Assembly (NCBI GenBank): GCA_040375075.1
Contig: JBEITC010000003.1
Span: forward strand, 1 to 37,247
Length of the DNA: 37,247 bases
Direction: 5' to 3'
Source of the DNA: Planctomycetota bacterium
GTDB taxonomy: Bacteria; Planctomycetota; UBA1135; UBA2386
In this document: piece by piece, positions 1-10,800 of the stretch
How the letters are laid out: every line of letters starts with the position of its first letter
How positions within the stretch are numbered: the first letter of the stretch is position 1
Translations under genes and position numbers: made by a program
Notes under the pieces: model-generated
Databases searched by the model: none
What the model was told of the DNA's origin: nothing
What the model saw: only the letters and a program-made list of their open reading frames with translations

Positions 1-17
1 CCGTCCATCCTGTCGGC

Positions 18-1121
18 ATGGCCCCCATCGACTACAAGCAGGCCGGCGTCGACTACGGCAAGATCGACCCGCTGAAGATCCAAGCGCAGCAGGCCGCGGC
101 GGCGACCGCGGGCAACCTGCGCCGCCACGGCCTGCAGGAAGTCGGCGCCTCGCGCGGCGAGTCGGCCTACCTCGTCGACTGCGGCGACTTCTACCTCGCC
201 TCGATCACCGAGTGCCTGGGCACCAAGGCGCTGGTCGCCGACGCGACGCGCAAGGTCACCGGCAGGACGTACTACGACCAGATCGCGCAGGACACGCTGG
301 CGATGGCGATCAACGACCTGATCACCGTCGGCGCGACGCCGGTGTCGGTGCACGCGTACTGGGCCGCCGGCGGCAGCGCGTGGTTCGACGACGCGCAGCG
401 CGCCAAGGACCTCGTCGACGGCTGGCGCGCTGCCTGCGACGCGTGCGGCGTCGCCTGGGGCGGCGGCGAGACGCCCGCGCTGGCCGGCGTCGTCGCCGAC
501 GACCGCATCGACCTCGCCGCGTCGTGCGTCGGCCTCGTGCGGCCGAAGGCCCGGCTGACGCTCGGCGAACGGCTCGGCCCCGGCGATGCGATCGTGCTGC
601 TCGGCAGCTCGGGCATCCACGCCAACGGCGTCTCGCTCGCCCGCAAGCTGGCCGAGCGCCTGCCCGCCGGCTACGCGACCAAGCTGCCGAGCGGCGCGTT
701 GTTCGGCGAGGCGCTGCTGGCGCCGACCGTGCTGTACAGCCCGGTGACCGAAGCGCTCGCCAAGGCCGGCATCGTGCCGCACTACCAGGCCAACATCACC
801 GGCCACGGCTGGCGCAAGGTGATGCGCCACGGCAAGGAACTGACCTACCGCTTCCATGTGCTGCCGCCGGTGCCGGAGGTGCTGCAGTTCCTGCAGCAGC
901 AGACCGGCAGCGACGACCGCGCCGCGTACGGCAACCTCAACATGGGCGCCGGCTACGCGCTGTTCGTCGCCGCCGCCGACGCCGCGCGCACGGTCGAGAT
1001 CGCCCGCGCCGCCGGCGTGCAGGCCTGGGCCGCGGGCACGGTCGAGGCCGGGCCGAAGCAGGTCGTGCTGGAGCCGCTGCAACTCGTGTTCGGCGGCGAC
1101 GACCTGCACGTGCGGGCCTGA
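18..1121 (+). CDS. purM: Phosphoribosylformylglycinamidine cyclo-ligase (AIR synthase)
   Basis: N-terminal DYKQAGVD, then LAMAINDL, GGETP, SSGIHANG, NITGHG and NMGAG motifs of AIR synthase. Confidence 0.93.
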   Translation: MAPIDYKQAGVDYGKIDPLKIQAQQAAAATAGNLRRHGLQEVGASRGESAYLVDCGDFYLASITECLGTKALVADATRKVTGRTYYDQIAQDTLAMAINDLITVGATPVSVHAYWAAGGSAWFDDAQRAKDLVDGWRAACDACGVAWGGGETPALAGVVADDRIDLAASCVGLVRPKARLTLGERLGPGDAIVLLGSSGIHANGVSLARKLAERLPAGYATKLPSGALFGEALLAPTVLYSPVTEALAKAGIVPHYQANITGHGWRKVMRHGKELTYRFHVLPPVPEVLQFLQQQTGSDDRAAYGNLNMGAGYALFVAAADAARTVEIARAAGVQAWAAGTVEAGPKQVVLEPLQLVFGGDDLHVRA

Positions 1122-1444
1122 CGGCGCGCGCGGCCAGCTGTCTACGGCGATCGCTGCGCCACGCACGGTCGCGCGCGGCTTCGACGGTGCAGCCTGCATG
1201 CGATCGCTCGCCGTCGCCGTGGGGCCGCAGTCGCGCACCGGAGGCGGTCGCAGACCCCACGCAAGCAACGCCGCGCCCGCGATTCGCGCCGCGCATGCAG
1301 CAGCCCCGCGCAGCCGACGCTCCGCGCCGGACGCCTGATGGCCGCAGCCGCTCCGTCGCAACGCGCGGCGCACGGGAACATGGCCTCAATCACCGCCCCC
1401 GGGGTTGCCTCGCCGCGCGCAGCCGCCGACCATCGTCGCCTCGC

Positions 1445-4400
1445 ATGCGCGCCATCGTCCGCCTCCTCGCCGCGTCGCTGACTCCGATCGCCGTCGCCGC
1501 CGCCCAGGTGCCGCCCGGCGCGCCGATGCCCAAGGACCTGTCGCTCGAGACCGTCGTGCCCGAGCAGGGCGCGGCGAAGGTGCGCTGGCAGACCGGCAAG
1601 GACGCGCTCGCCGCCAACGACGCGACGGCGGCGCAGAAGCACCTGCTGGAAGCGCTGCAGTTCCATCCGTCGGCGGCGGCGATCCTCTTCGACCTCGCGC
1701 TGGCGTGGCGCGGCGACGCCGACTTCGCGCCGCTGTGGGCCGAGCGCTTCGTGCGCGCGGCCGCCGACGCGCAAGGCAAGCTCAAGCTCGACGCGGCGCA
1801 GAAGAAGGCGGCCGCGGCCGGCGGCTTCGAAGCGACGCTGAAGCCCGCGCTCGACCTCGCGGCGCTGCGCGCGGCGGCGATCGCGGAGATCGCGCGCTAC
1901 GTCGACAAGCAGAAGGCGACGCCGAAGCAGAACGGCGTGCGCGCGCCGCTGGTGCGCTGGGCCTCCGAGCTCCTGCTCGAGCTCGGCGTCGGCGCGCCGG
2001 GCGCGCTCGGCGCGGCAGCGCCCGCGGTCGAAAAGGTGCAGGCCGCTTTCGAGCCCGACTACGACGCGATCTTCGCGTCGCTCGCCAAGGTGCTGGCCAA
2101 GAAGGCCGACGCCAAGGCGCTGGACCCCAAGGCCGCGCCGCGCACCGGCGCCGACGCCGATCCGACCAAGGTCGAGGACCAGCGCGTGCGCGCCGCGCGC
2201 ATCCTCGTCGGCCTGCGTCGCCAAGCAGGCATCAAGGACCTCAAGGGCCCGCCGGGCCGCGACCCGGGCAAGGCCGGCGAAGAGGCCGCGCGCGTGCTCG
2301 CCGAGCAGAGCCAGCAGCCGATGCTGCCCGCCAAGGTCTGGACGGTCGCCGAGCTCGAAGCTCTCGACGCGCCGGCCCAAGAGGCGTTCACGCAGGCGCA
2401 CCGCGATTGGCGCAGCCCGGGCGTCGCCACGAGCCCGACCGGCAAGTACCGCGTCGAGACCAACTGCGGCTACCACACGCTGCTCGGCACCGCGCGCACG
2501 ATCGAGCTGCACCACGCGCGGCTGATCGCGCACTACGGCCAGGATCCGTTCGGCGACCGCACGGGCCTCGTGCGCATCGTGCCGGTGCAGAGCGACATGG
2601 AGACCGAGGGCACGCCGTTCTGGTGGGCCGGCGGCTTCCAGTCCGGCGACCGCACGACGGTGCGCTTCGCGTGGGGCAACATCCCCGGCCTCGGCCGCAC
2701 GCTGACGCACGAACTGACGCACCGCTTCGACGGCGTGCTCAAGCCGTTCCTCGGCGCGTGGTACGCCGAAGGCCACGCCAGCTGGACCGGCGGCCACTAC
2801 AGCAAGATGGCCGACAAGGACTTCGTCGACGACTTCCTGCAGGTCGGCACCGTCGCGCACACCTACTACAAGGGCTACGGCGGCCGCGATCGCTTCGAGA
2901 AGCTGTTGAAGGGCGAGATCGAGGAGTACCGCGACAACTACTTCGCGGGCTACACCCTGTACGCGTTCCTGCGCAGCTATCCGCCGGGCGCGCCGCGCTA
3001 CCGCTCGGCGCTGGCGACGTACGAGAAGAACGCGCGCGCTGGCGGCAAGGATCCGGTCGGCTACTTCGCGTCGTCGTTCGCCGACGGCAAGGAAGGCCGG
3101 CCGAAGACGTTCGACGAGGTGTTCAAGGACTGGGAGACGTTCACGCGCGGCTGCTACGACTTCCTCGACGAGCGGCGCCGCGGCCCGCAGAACGACTGGG
3201 TCGGCCGCTACGGCGGCCTCGGCCCGGGCGACACCGCGCCGATGGTCATGGACGAACTGACGTGGACGTGGTCGCGCGCGCACGCCGAGCCGTTCTTCGG
3301 CCAGGAGCACGCGATGGCGGCTGCGCTGCTGCTGCACGAAGTCGGCGACCACGACGGCGCGATCGCCGCCGGCCTGTGGTCGCTCAACGTCGATGGTTGG
3401 CGGCCGGAGACGGCCAACGCGGTGCTCGCGGGGCTGCGCGCCGGCAAGGCGCAGGACGCGGCGCAGGCGTTCGCGGTGGTCGCTGGACGCCACTTCCCGG
3501 CGCTCGCGCCGAAGGACGCCCCGCTGCTCGCCACCGCGTTGCCGAAGACCAAGGCGTACCTCGATGCGCTCGCCGGCCAGGCGCAAGCCTTCGCCACCGC
3601 GGCGCCGACGTCGGCGGCCGCGCTGGTCGAGGACCACGGTCGCGTCGCCGCGCTGCTGGCGCTACCGCGGCTCGTAGGCCTGCCGCGCGGCGCGCCGCCG
3701 CCGCTGCCGCGCAGCCTCGGCGGCTTCGGCTACGCCGAGTCGAGCCTGCTCGGCTTCGACGAACGGCGCGCCGCCGGGCTGTGGTACGCGACCGCCGACG
3801 GCGACCTGCACGTCGGCCGCGAGAAGCCGCGCGACAGCACCGGCACGCTCGATCGCCACGCGCACCAGCGCGACGCGTTCGCGCACACCGTCGCGTGGGT
3901 CGCCCCAGGCGACTACGTCGTGCGCGGCCGCGTGCACCTGACGACGTCGTTCGCCAGCGGCGCGATCGTGCTCGGCCACACGCGCCGCGACCGCGGCATC
4001 CGCATCTCGTTCTCGTCCGGCGACTTCGACTACGCGACCGGCCGCAGCGAGACCGCGCAGAAGGACGGCTCGGTCGGCTTCTCGCTGCAAGGCATGTGGG
4101 AACGCGACGGCCAGATGCCCGACACCGCCGGCGGCCACAGCGCGTCGATCTCGCCGGACGCGCCGTGGTTCGACTTCGCGCTGCACGTGCGCGGCCCCCG
4201 GCTCATGGTCGAGATCAACGGCGAGGCGGCGATCCGCTACGCGGTCCACGACGGCACGCCGATCGAAGGCCACGTCGGCTTCGCCACCGGCATGGGCGCG
4301 ATCCGCGTGCAGCAGCCGACGGTGCAGCGGCGCGACGGAGAACTCGCCGCGCTGGTCGCCGGCCTCGACCTCGCCGTGCAGCCGGACAACGGGCTCGACG

Positions 4401-4819
4401 AACTGCTGCTGCTGCCGGTGCGCGGCGTGCCGCTCCATCCGCTCGGCACGCTGGTGATGCTGCTGCCGAAGCCGGCGACCGAAGGCGACTCGCCGGTCGA
4501 CGCGATCCCGCGCGTGCTGCCGGTGCTGTCCAAGCTGCTCGCCAACACGCACGAGCACCCGCAGGAGTGGGTCATGGCGGTGCCCAAGGCGATGCCTGCA
4601 GCCGAACGGCAGCGGGCGCAGGAGATGATCGGCGATCGGCGCAGCCGGCCGATGCCGGTGATCGAGCACCTCGTCGGCGAGCCCTTCGACGGCAGCGTGC
4701 CGTGGCTGCTGTTCGTCGACGGCCAGGGCGTGCTGCGCGCCGCCGCGGCGGCCAACGAAGTCGGCCTGCACGCCAAGGTCGGGCGCTGGGCGCGCTTGTT
4801 CCGGCCACGCGACCGCTGA
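1445..4819 (+). CDS. Large exported multidomain protein with a gluzincin-like metallopeptidase domain
   Basis: ATG 1445 gives a signal peptide (MRAIVRLLAAS...AAAQ); helical N-terminus; THELTH (HExxH) plus WYAEGHA third-ligand motif; beta-rich region; thioredoxin-like tail (PWLLFVDGQGVLR). The ORF part upstream of 1445 is a purM shadow frame. Confidence 0.7.
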   Translation: MRAIVRLLAASLTPIAVAAAQVPPGAPMPKDLSLETVVPEQGAAKVRWQTGKDALAANDATAAQKHLLEALQFHPSAAAILFDLALAWRGDADFAPLWAERFVRAAADAQGKLKLDAAQKKAAAAGGFEATLKPALDLAALRAAAIAEIARYVDKQKATPKQNGVRAPLVRWASELLLELGVGAPGALGAAAPAVEKVQAAFEPDYDAIFASLAKVLAKKADAKALDPKAAPRTGADADPTKVEDQRVRAARILVGLRRQAGIKDLKGPPGRDPGKAGEEAARVLAEQSQQPMLPAKVWTVAELEALDAPAQEAFTQAHRDWRSPGVATSPTGKYRVETNCGYHTLLGTARTIELHHARLIAHYGQDPFGDRTGLVRIVPVQSDMETEGTPFWWAGGFQSGDRTTVRFAWGNIPGLGRTLTHELTHRFDGVLKPFLGAWYAEGHASWTGGHYSKMADKDFVDDFLQVGTVAHTYYKGYGGRDRFEKLLKGEIEEYRDNYFAGYTLYAFLRSYPPGAPRYRSALATYEKNARAGGKDPVGYFASSFADGKEGRPKTFDEVFKDWETFTRGCYDFLDERRRGPQNDWVGRYGGLGPGDTAPMVMDELTWTWSRAHAEPFFGQEHAMAAALLLHEVGDHDGAIAAGLWSLNVDGWRPETANAVLAGLRAGKAQDAAQAFAVVAGRHFPALAPKDAPLLATALPKTKAYLDALAGQAQAFATAAPTSAAALVEDHGRVAALLALPRLVGLPRGAPPPLPRSLGGFGYAESSLLGFDERRAAGLWYATADGDLHVGREKPRDSTGTLDRHAHQRDAFAHTVAWVAPGDYVVRGRVHLTTSFASGAIVLGHTRRDRGIRISFSSGDFDYATGRSETAQKDGSVGFSLQGMWERDGQMPDTAGGHSASISPDAPWFDFALHVRGPRLMVEINGEAAIRYAVHDGTPIEGHVGFATGMGAIRVQQPTVQRRDGELAALVAGLDLAVQPDNGLDELLLLPVRGVPLHPLGTLVMLLPKPATEGDSPVDAIPRVLPVLSKLLANTHEHPQEWVMAVPKAMPAAERQRAQEMIGDRRSRPMPVIEHLVGEPFDGSVPWLLFVDGQGVLRAAAAANEVGLHAKVGRWARLFRPRDR

Positions 4820-4946
4820 GGCGCAGCGCGCGGCGCGCGCCGCCGGCGTGCGTGCGACCGCGAAGCCGGATCGAAGCGGCGCGACGCCAGCTTCGCGGTC
4901 CGCGACGGCGTCGCGCGATCGTCACGACGTCGTTGCGAAGCATGGT

Positions 4947-4974
4947 TTGACGGTCGCGCGACGCACGGCAGCAT
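4947..4974 (+). promoter_or_regulatory. Putative sigma70 promoter giving a leaderless transcript
   Basis: TTGACG-N16-CAGCAT ending 6 nt before ATG 4981; no Shine-Dalgarno. Confidence 0.45.
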
Positions 4975-4980
4975 GGCGCG

Positions 4981-7668
4981 ATGCGCCGCCTCGTCCGCTT
5001 CGCCGCTTCGCTGCCGTTGTTCCTCGCCGCCTGCTCGGCCCCCGAGCGTCTCGCCGCGCCGACCGACCCCGTGGGTCGCGCCGCCGACGGCAGCCGGCAG
5101 CAGACGCCGGTCAACCAGACGCTGACGCCGCACGGCGTGTTCGTCGACCTGCCGGGCATGCGGCCGCTGGCGCTGGCAGCTTCGCGCGACGGCGCGCGCG
5201 TCTACACCGCCGGCAAGACCAACGAACTCGTCGTGATCGACGCTGCGACCGGCGCGATCGCGCAAAAGGTGCCGCTGCCGGCCGAGAAGCAGACCGCGCC
5301 CGCCGGTGACCCCAACCGCAAGGAGCAGAAGCCCGACAAGGACGGCCAGATCAGCTGCACCGGCCTCGCCGTCTCGCCCGACGGCCGCACGATCTGGCTC
5401 GCCAACGTGCGCGGCTCGCTCAAGGCGTTCGCCGTCGGCGAGGACGGGACGGTGTCGCCGTCGCACAGCATCCCGTTGCCGCCGGCGAACGCGCCGCGGC
5501 GCGAGGCCGAGATCCCGGCCGGCATCGCCGTGAGCGCCGACGGCGCGCGGCTGTACGTCTGCGGCAACCTGTCGAACACGCTGCTCGAGCTCGACGCGCG
5601 GACCGGCGCCGTGCTGCGCACGTTCCCCGTCGGCTCGGCGCCGTTCGACGTCGTGCTCGCCGGCGATCGCGCGTACGTCAGCAACCAGGGCGGTCGTCGC
5701 CCCGGCCCTGACGATCCCGTCGGCCCCGCCGGCCGCGGCACGCTGGTGCGCGTCGATCCGACGACCGACGTCGCCAGCGAAGGCTCGGTGTCGGTGCTCG
5801 ACCTCGCGACCGGCGCGCTCGTGCGCGAGACGGTGACCGGGCGGCTCGCGAGCGACCTCGCGGTCTCGCCCGACGGCCGCTGGATCGTGTGCGCCAATGC
5901 CAGCAGCGACACCGTCAGCGTGCTCGACCGCGACGGCGCGCTGGTCGAGACGCTGTGGGCGCGCAGCAAGCCGAGCGATCTGCTGCAGGCTTCGCCAAAC
6001 GCCGTGTGCTTCGCGCACGACGGCGAACGGCTGTACGTCGCCAACGGCACGATGAACGCCGTCGCCGTGTTCGGCTTCGAGCCCGAGGACCGCGGCGACA
6101 GCCGGCTGCTCGGCTTCGTGCCGGTCGGCTGGTATCCGGGCGCCTTGCTGCTCGACGAGCAACGCGAGCGGCTCGTCGTCGCCAACGTGAAGGGCATCGG
6201 CTTCGGCCGGCCGCGCAAGGACGGCGGCGCGCCCGAGTTCAACAGCCACCAGTACCACGGTTCGCTCTCGCTGGCTCCGCTGCCCGACGAGGACGACGAA
6301 CTGCCGCGGCTGTCGGCGCAGGTCGACGCCAACCTGCGGCGCGAAGCGATCGCGCAGGCCTTGCTGCCGGCGCGCCCCGGCCAAGCGCCGCGCGCGGTCC
6401 CCGAGCGCATCGGCGAGCCGAGCCGCATCCGGCACGTCGTCTACGTCATCAAGGAGAACCGCACCTACGACCAGGTGCTCGGCGACATGTCGGCCGGCAA
6501 CGGCGACGCGCAGTTGTGCATCTTCCCCGAGCGCATCACGCCCAACCAGCACGCGCTCGCGCGCCGCTTCGTGCTGCTCGACAACACGTACTGCAGCGGC
6601 ATCCTGTCGGCCGACGGCCACCAGTGGAGCACGGCGGCGTTCGCGACCGACTACCTGGAGCGGGCGTTCGCGGGCTTCCCGCGCAGCTACCCCGACGGCA
6701 TGGGCGAGAACGAGAAGGACGCGCTGTCGTACTCGCCGGCGGGCTTCCTGTGGGACCGCGCGATCGCGCAGGGCGTGACGCTGCGCAACTACGGCGAGTT
6801 CTGCGGGCCCAAGGTGCGCTGGCGCGACCCGAAGAAGAAGGGCGAGCCCGACTTCACCGCCTGCTACCGCGCGTGGCGCGACGGCACGGACGACGTCGTG
6901 TTCGCCAGCGAGGCGAGCGTGCGGCCGCTGCTGCCGCACTCGTCGACCGGCTACGTCGGCTGGGACATGTCGGTGCCCGACCAGCACCGCGCCGACGTGT
7001 TCCTGCGCGAGCTCGCGGCGTTCGAGCAGCAGGGCGAGTTCCCGCAGCTCGTGCTGATCTGCCTGCCCAACGACCACACCAGCGGCACGAGCAAGAACTG
7101 CCCGACGCCGGCGGCGTGCATGGCCGACAACGACCTCGCCCTCGGCCGCATCGTCGAAGGCCTGTCGAAGTCGCGCTTCTGGAAGGACATGGCGGTCTTC
7201 GCCATCGAGGACGACCCGCAGGCCGGCTGGGACCACGTCAGCGGCTATCGCACGACCTGCTACGTCGCGAGCCCGTTCGCGCGCCGCGGCGCGGTGGTGT
7301 CGACGCAGTACAACACGACGAGCGTGCTGCGCACGATCGAGCAGATCCTCGGCCTGCGACCGATGAACGTGTTCGACGCCAGCGCGACGCCGATGTTCGA
7401 CTGCTTCACGGAGGAGCCGGACTTCACGCCGTACGCGGCGCTGCCGGCGAACGTGCCGCTCGACGAGATGAACCCCAACCCGGCGGCGATCGCCGACCCG
7501 CAGCTGCGCGCCGACGCGATCGCCTCGGCGGGCCTCGACCTGTCGCAGATGGACCGCGCGCCGGAGGACCTGCTCAACCGGATCCTGTGGCGGGCGATGC
7601 GCGGAAGCGGCGTGCCGTATCCCGAGTGGGCGATCACGCCGGGCGCGGACGACGACGACGACGACTGA
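4981..7668 (+). CDS. Lipoprotein: YVTN/YncE beta-propeller fused to a phosphoesterase (alkaline phosphatase-fold) domain
   Basis: Lipobox LFLAAC; propeller repeats (AVSPDG, LYVAN); IRHVVYVIKENRTYDQVLGD, LPNDHT and EDDPQAGWDHV motifs. Confidence 0.88.
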   Translation: MRRLVRFAASLPLFLAACSAPERLAAPTDPVGRAADGSRQQTPVNQTLTPHGVFVDLPGMRPLALAASRDGARVYTAGKTNELVVIDAATGAIAQKVPLPAEKQTAPAGDPNRKEQKPDKDGQISCTGLAVSPDGRTIWLANVRGSLKAFAVGEDGTVSPSHSIPLPPANAPRREAEIPAGIAVSADGARLYVCGNLSNTLLELDARTGAVLRTFPVGSAPFDVVLAGDRAYVSNQGGRRPGPDDPVGPAGRGTLVRVDPTTDVASEGSVSVLDLATGALVRETVTGRLASDLAVSPDGRWIVCANASSDTVSVLDRDGALVETLWARSKPSDLLQASPNAVCFAHDGERLYVANGTMNAVAVFGFEPEDRGDSRLLGFVPVGWYPGALLLDEQRERLVVANVKGIGFGRPRKDGGAPEFNSHQYHGSLSLAPLPDEDDELPRLSAQVDANLRREAIAQALLPARPGQAPRAVPERIGEPSRIRHVVYVIKENRTYDQVLGDMSAGNGDAQLCIFPERITPNQHALARRFVLLDNTYCSGILSADGHQWSTAAFATDYLERAFAGFPRSYPDGMGENEKDALSYSPAGFLWDRAIAQGVTLRNYGEFCGPKVRWRDPKKKGEPDFTACYRAWRDGTDDVVFASEASVRPLLPHSSTGYVGWDMSVPDQHRADVFLRELAAFEQQGEFPQLVLICLPNDHTSGTSKNCPTPAACMADNDLALGRIVEGLSKSRFWKDMAVFAIEDDPQAGWDHVSGYRTTCYVASPFARRGAVVSTQYNTTSVLRTIEQILGLRPMNVFDASATPMFDCFTEEPDFTPYAALPANVPLDEMNPNPAAIADPQLRADAIASAGLDLSQMDRAPEDLLNRILWRAMRGSGVPYPEWAITPGADDDDDD

Positions 7669-7857
7669 AGCGCCGGCGCCACGGGCGCGAGGCGAAGGGC
7701 CGCGGTGCGCGCACGGCCTACGGGATGACGGCAGGAGCGCGCGGCGGTTTTTTGGAGGAAACTTCGTTCGCTCGCCCGCCGTCCGACCTTTTGCGGATAC
7801 TCCCGTTCCCTGACCGGCCCAGCCCGGCCGGCGCATTCGTCGTTTCTGCGAATCCCC

Positions 7858-10800
7858 ATGCCACGAAACCACCTCGTCGGATTCTCCGCCGCGCTCGCGG
7901 CCGCCCTCGCCTTCAGCGCGCCCACCACCGCGCAGAAGAACGTCTCGGAAGCCGCGCAGCAGAAGGCGGCGTTCCTGTCCTCCGCCTCCTGGCAGTCGTT
8001 CCTCGGCGACGTCGGCGGCGAATGGTCCGTCGATTGGTGCGCCGCCACCGGCACGCCCGGCGCGATCTGGGGCAGCGGCATCCCGCTCGCCGACTGGCGC
8101 GTCAACTCGCTCGAGGAAGCGCGCCGCCACGCCCACGCGCTGCTGCGTGAGCGCAGCGAGCTGCTCGGCCTCGGCGACAGCGAGTTCCGCGAAGTCATCG
8201 GCGCGCGCATGAGCCGCGTCTGGACCTTCACGTTCGACCAGTTCTTCCGCGGCGTGCCGGTGCTCGAAGGCCGCGCCGACGTGCGCGTCCACATGGTCGG
8301 CCGCGTGCCGATGTTCGGCGCCAAGGCCTGGCGCGTCCCGGCGGACTTCGACGTGCTGCCGGCGTTCGACGCCGACACCGCGCTCGCCATCGCCTGGCAG
8401 CAGGTCGGCGCCCCCACCGGCGCGCCGCAGCCCGCCGCCGTCGCCGCGCCCCGCCTCGTGATCTGGGCCGACGTCGACGCCGTCGCGCCGCAGACGCCGC
8501 GCCTCTACTGGGAGGTCGCCATCAGCAACGTCGACGCGGAGGGCAATGGCCCCATCGGCCGCTACTACGTCGACGCCAAGACCGGCGCCTACGTGCGCTT
8601 CCAGACCGACAAGCACGAGTGCGGCTTCGCTGGCTGCACGATCGGAACGGGCGGCGGCGCCGGCAGTGACCTGCCGGCCACGGCGCCGGTCGAGATCCCG
8701 CTGCCGCCCATGCCGCCGGTCAACACGACCGTGACCGTGCAGGGCTGGACGCGCACCGGCGTCGACGCCTTCTCGGCGCTCGTCAACGCGCCGCTGCCGG
8801 GCCTCGTGCTCAGCGTGCCGGGCATCGGCAACGTCACCACCGACAACAACGGCCAGTTCGTGATCAACATCGCGTCGCCGGTGTCGATCTCGGTCGGCGC
8901 GCTCGACGGCCGCCACCACGCGGCGATCACCGGCGCCAACGGCCCGACCGGCTCCTTCACGGTCAATCCGGGCGTGGCCACGACGATCCAGCTGCTCACG
9001 TCGGCGGCGACGACCAACGAGGCGGCGCACACGACGGCGACGTACTGGAACGACAAGGTCAACGAGTGGGCGCGCTCCATCCTCGGCAACTCGCCGGAGC
9101 TGGCGACCGCGAGCAACGTCGCGGTGACGGTCAACATCGCCTCGACGTGCAACGCCTACTACGTCAGCAACACGACGAACTACTACCAGGCCGGCGGCGG
9201 CTGCTCGAACACCGCGGCGTCGACGGTCATCGCGCACGAGTGGGGCCACGGCCTCGACGACCGCTACGGCGGCATCTCGCAGACCAACGGCCTGAGCGAG
9301 GGCTGGGGCGACATCCTCGGCTGCTACCTGCTCGACACGCCGAACCTCGGCAGCGGCTTCCAGTCCGCCGGCGTGCCGCTGCGCAGCGCCAACAACACGA
9401 CGCAGTACCCGTGCTCGGGCTGCGGCGTGCACACCGCCGGCCAGTCGTGGATGGGCTTCGCGTGGAAGCTGCGCGAGCGGCTCGCGACGACGCTGGGCAA
9501 CCGCCCGGCCGCCATCGCGCTGAGCAACGACATCGTCGTCAGCACGGTCGCCGCCGACGCGACCAACCAGGCCGACGCCGTGCTGCAGGTCTACCTCGCC
9601 GACGACAACGACGGCAACCTGAGCAACGGCACGCCGAACAAGGTCGACCTCGACTGGGCGTGCAACCAGCACTCGCTGCCGATCCCCGGCGGCGGCGGCG
9701 GTGGCGGCGGTCCGGCCAACAACGAGTGCTCGGCGGCGATCGCCGTCGGCAACGGCATCGTCGGCCCGCACACCAACGTCGGCGCCACCACCTCGTCGCC
9801 GGGCTGGCCGTGCGCCTCGGGCGGCAACGACGTCTGGTTCGTCTACAGCGCCTACCAGAACGGCACGCTGTCGGTCAGCACGTGCGGCCAGGCGACGTGG
9901 GACACCGCGATCGAGGTCTTCTCCGGCACGTGCACGTCGCTGACCAGCCTCGGCTGCAACGACGACACCTGCAGCCTGCAGTCGACCGTCACCACGCCGG
10001 TGACGCCGGGCACGTACTACATCCGCGTCGGCGGCTACAACGGCGCGACCGGCTCGTTCAGCCTCGACATCAGCGGGCCCACGTCGACGCCGGCCGCGGT
10101 CAGCTCGTACGGCGCCGGCTGCTACAGCCGCTCGCGCGCCTTCTACGAGCTGTTCCCTGCCGGCTCGTTCGACCTCGCGTCGACGAGCATGCGCCTGGGC
10201 TACAACGCGACGGGCTTCTACACGGCGTCGGCCGCGGGCAGCTACCTCGCGCCGACCGGCGGCGCGACCGCGCTGACGCTCAGCGACGACACGACGACGA
10301 CGGTGACGCTGGCGAGCGCCTTCAACTTCCCGGGCGGCTCGACGACGACGCTGGAGGTCTGCTCCAACGGCTTCGTCAGCCCGGCGACGGGCAACGGCAC
10401 GGCCTACACGCCGTCCGCCGCCACGTGGCTCGGCTCGGTGCAGCCGCGCTGGGGCTGCTGGCACGACTTCAACCCGGCGGCCGCCGGCTCGGGCCAGGTG
10501 AAGTTCGAGCAGGTCGGCAACGTCTCGTACGTGACCTGGGACGGCGTCTACAGCTTCGGCACGACCAGCCCGGTGACGTTCCAGCTGCAGTTCGACCGCA
10601 GCAACGGCAACGTGACGTTCGCGTGGGCCCGGTGACCGTCGCCGGCAACGGCTGGCTCGTCGGCTTCGCCGCTTCGGCGCCGAACACCGACCTCGGCAGC
10701 CGCGACCTGACGGCGTCGCTGCCGGGCGGCTTCTCGACCAGCACGACCAACCTCGCGCCGCTGACGCTCACCGGCACGACGCCGACGCTCGGCTCGACGC

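Noticed and set aside
7757-7785. ECF-like GGAAAC...GTC upstream of the protease
   Set aside because: Weak -10, long spacer and no second matching copy
4237-10464. 2075-aa minus-strand ORF and other long Arg/Ala-rich ORFs (e.g. 1405-4950, 19513-22056)
   Set aside because: Shadow frames of real genes in very high GC DNA; no motifs and abnormal composition
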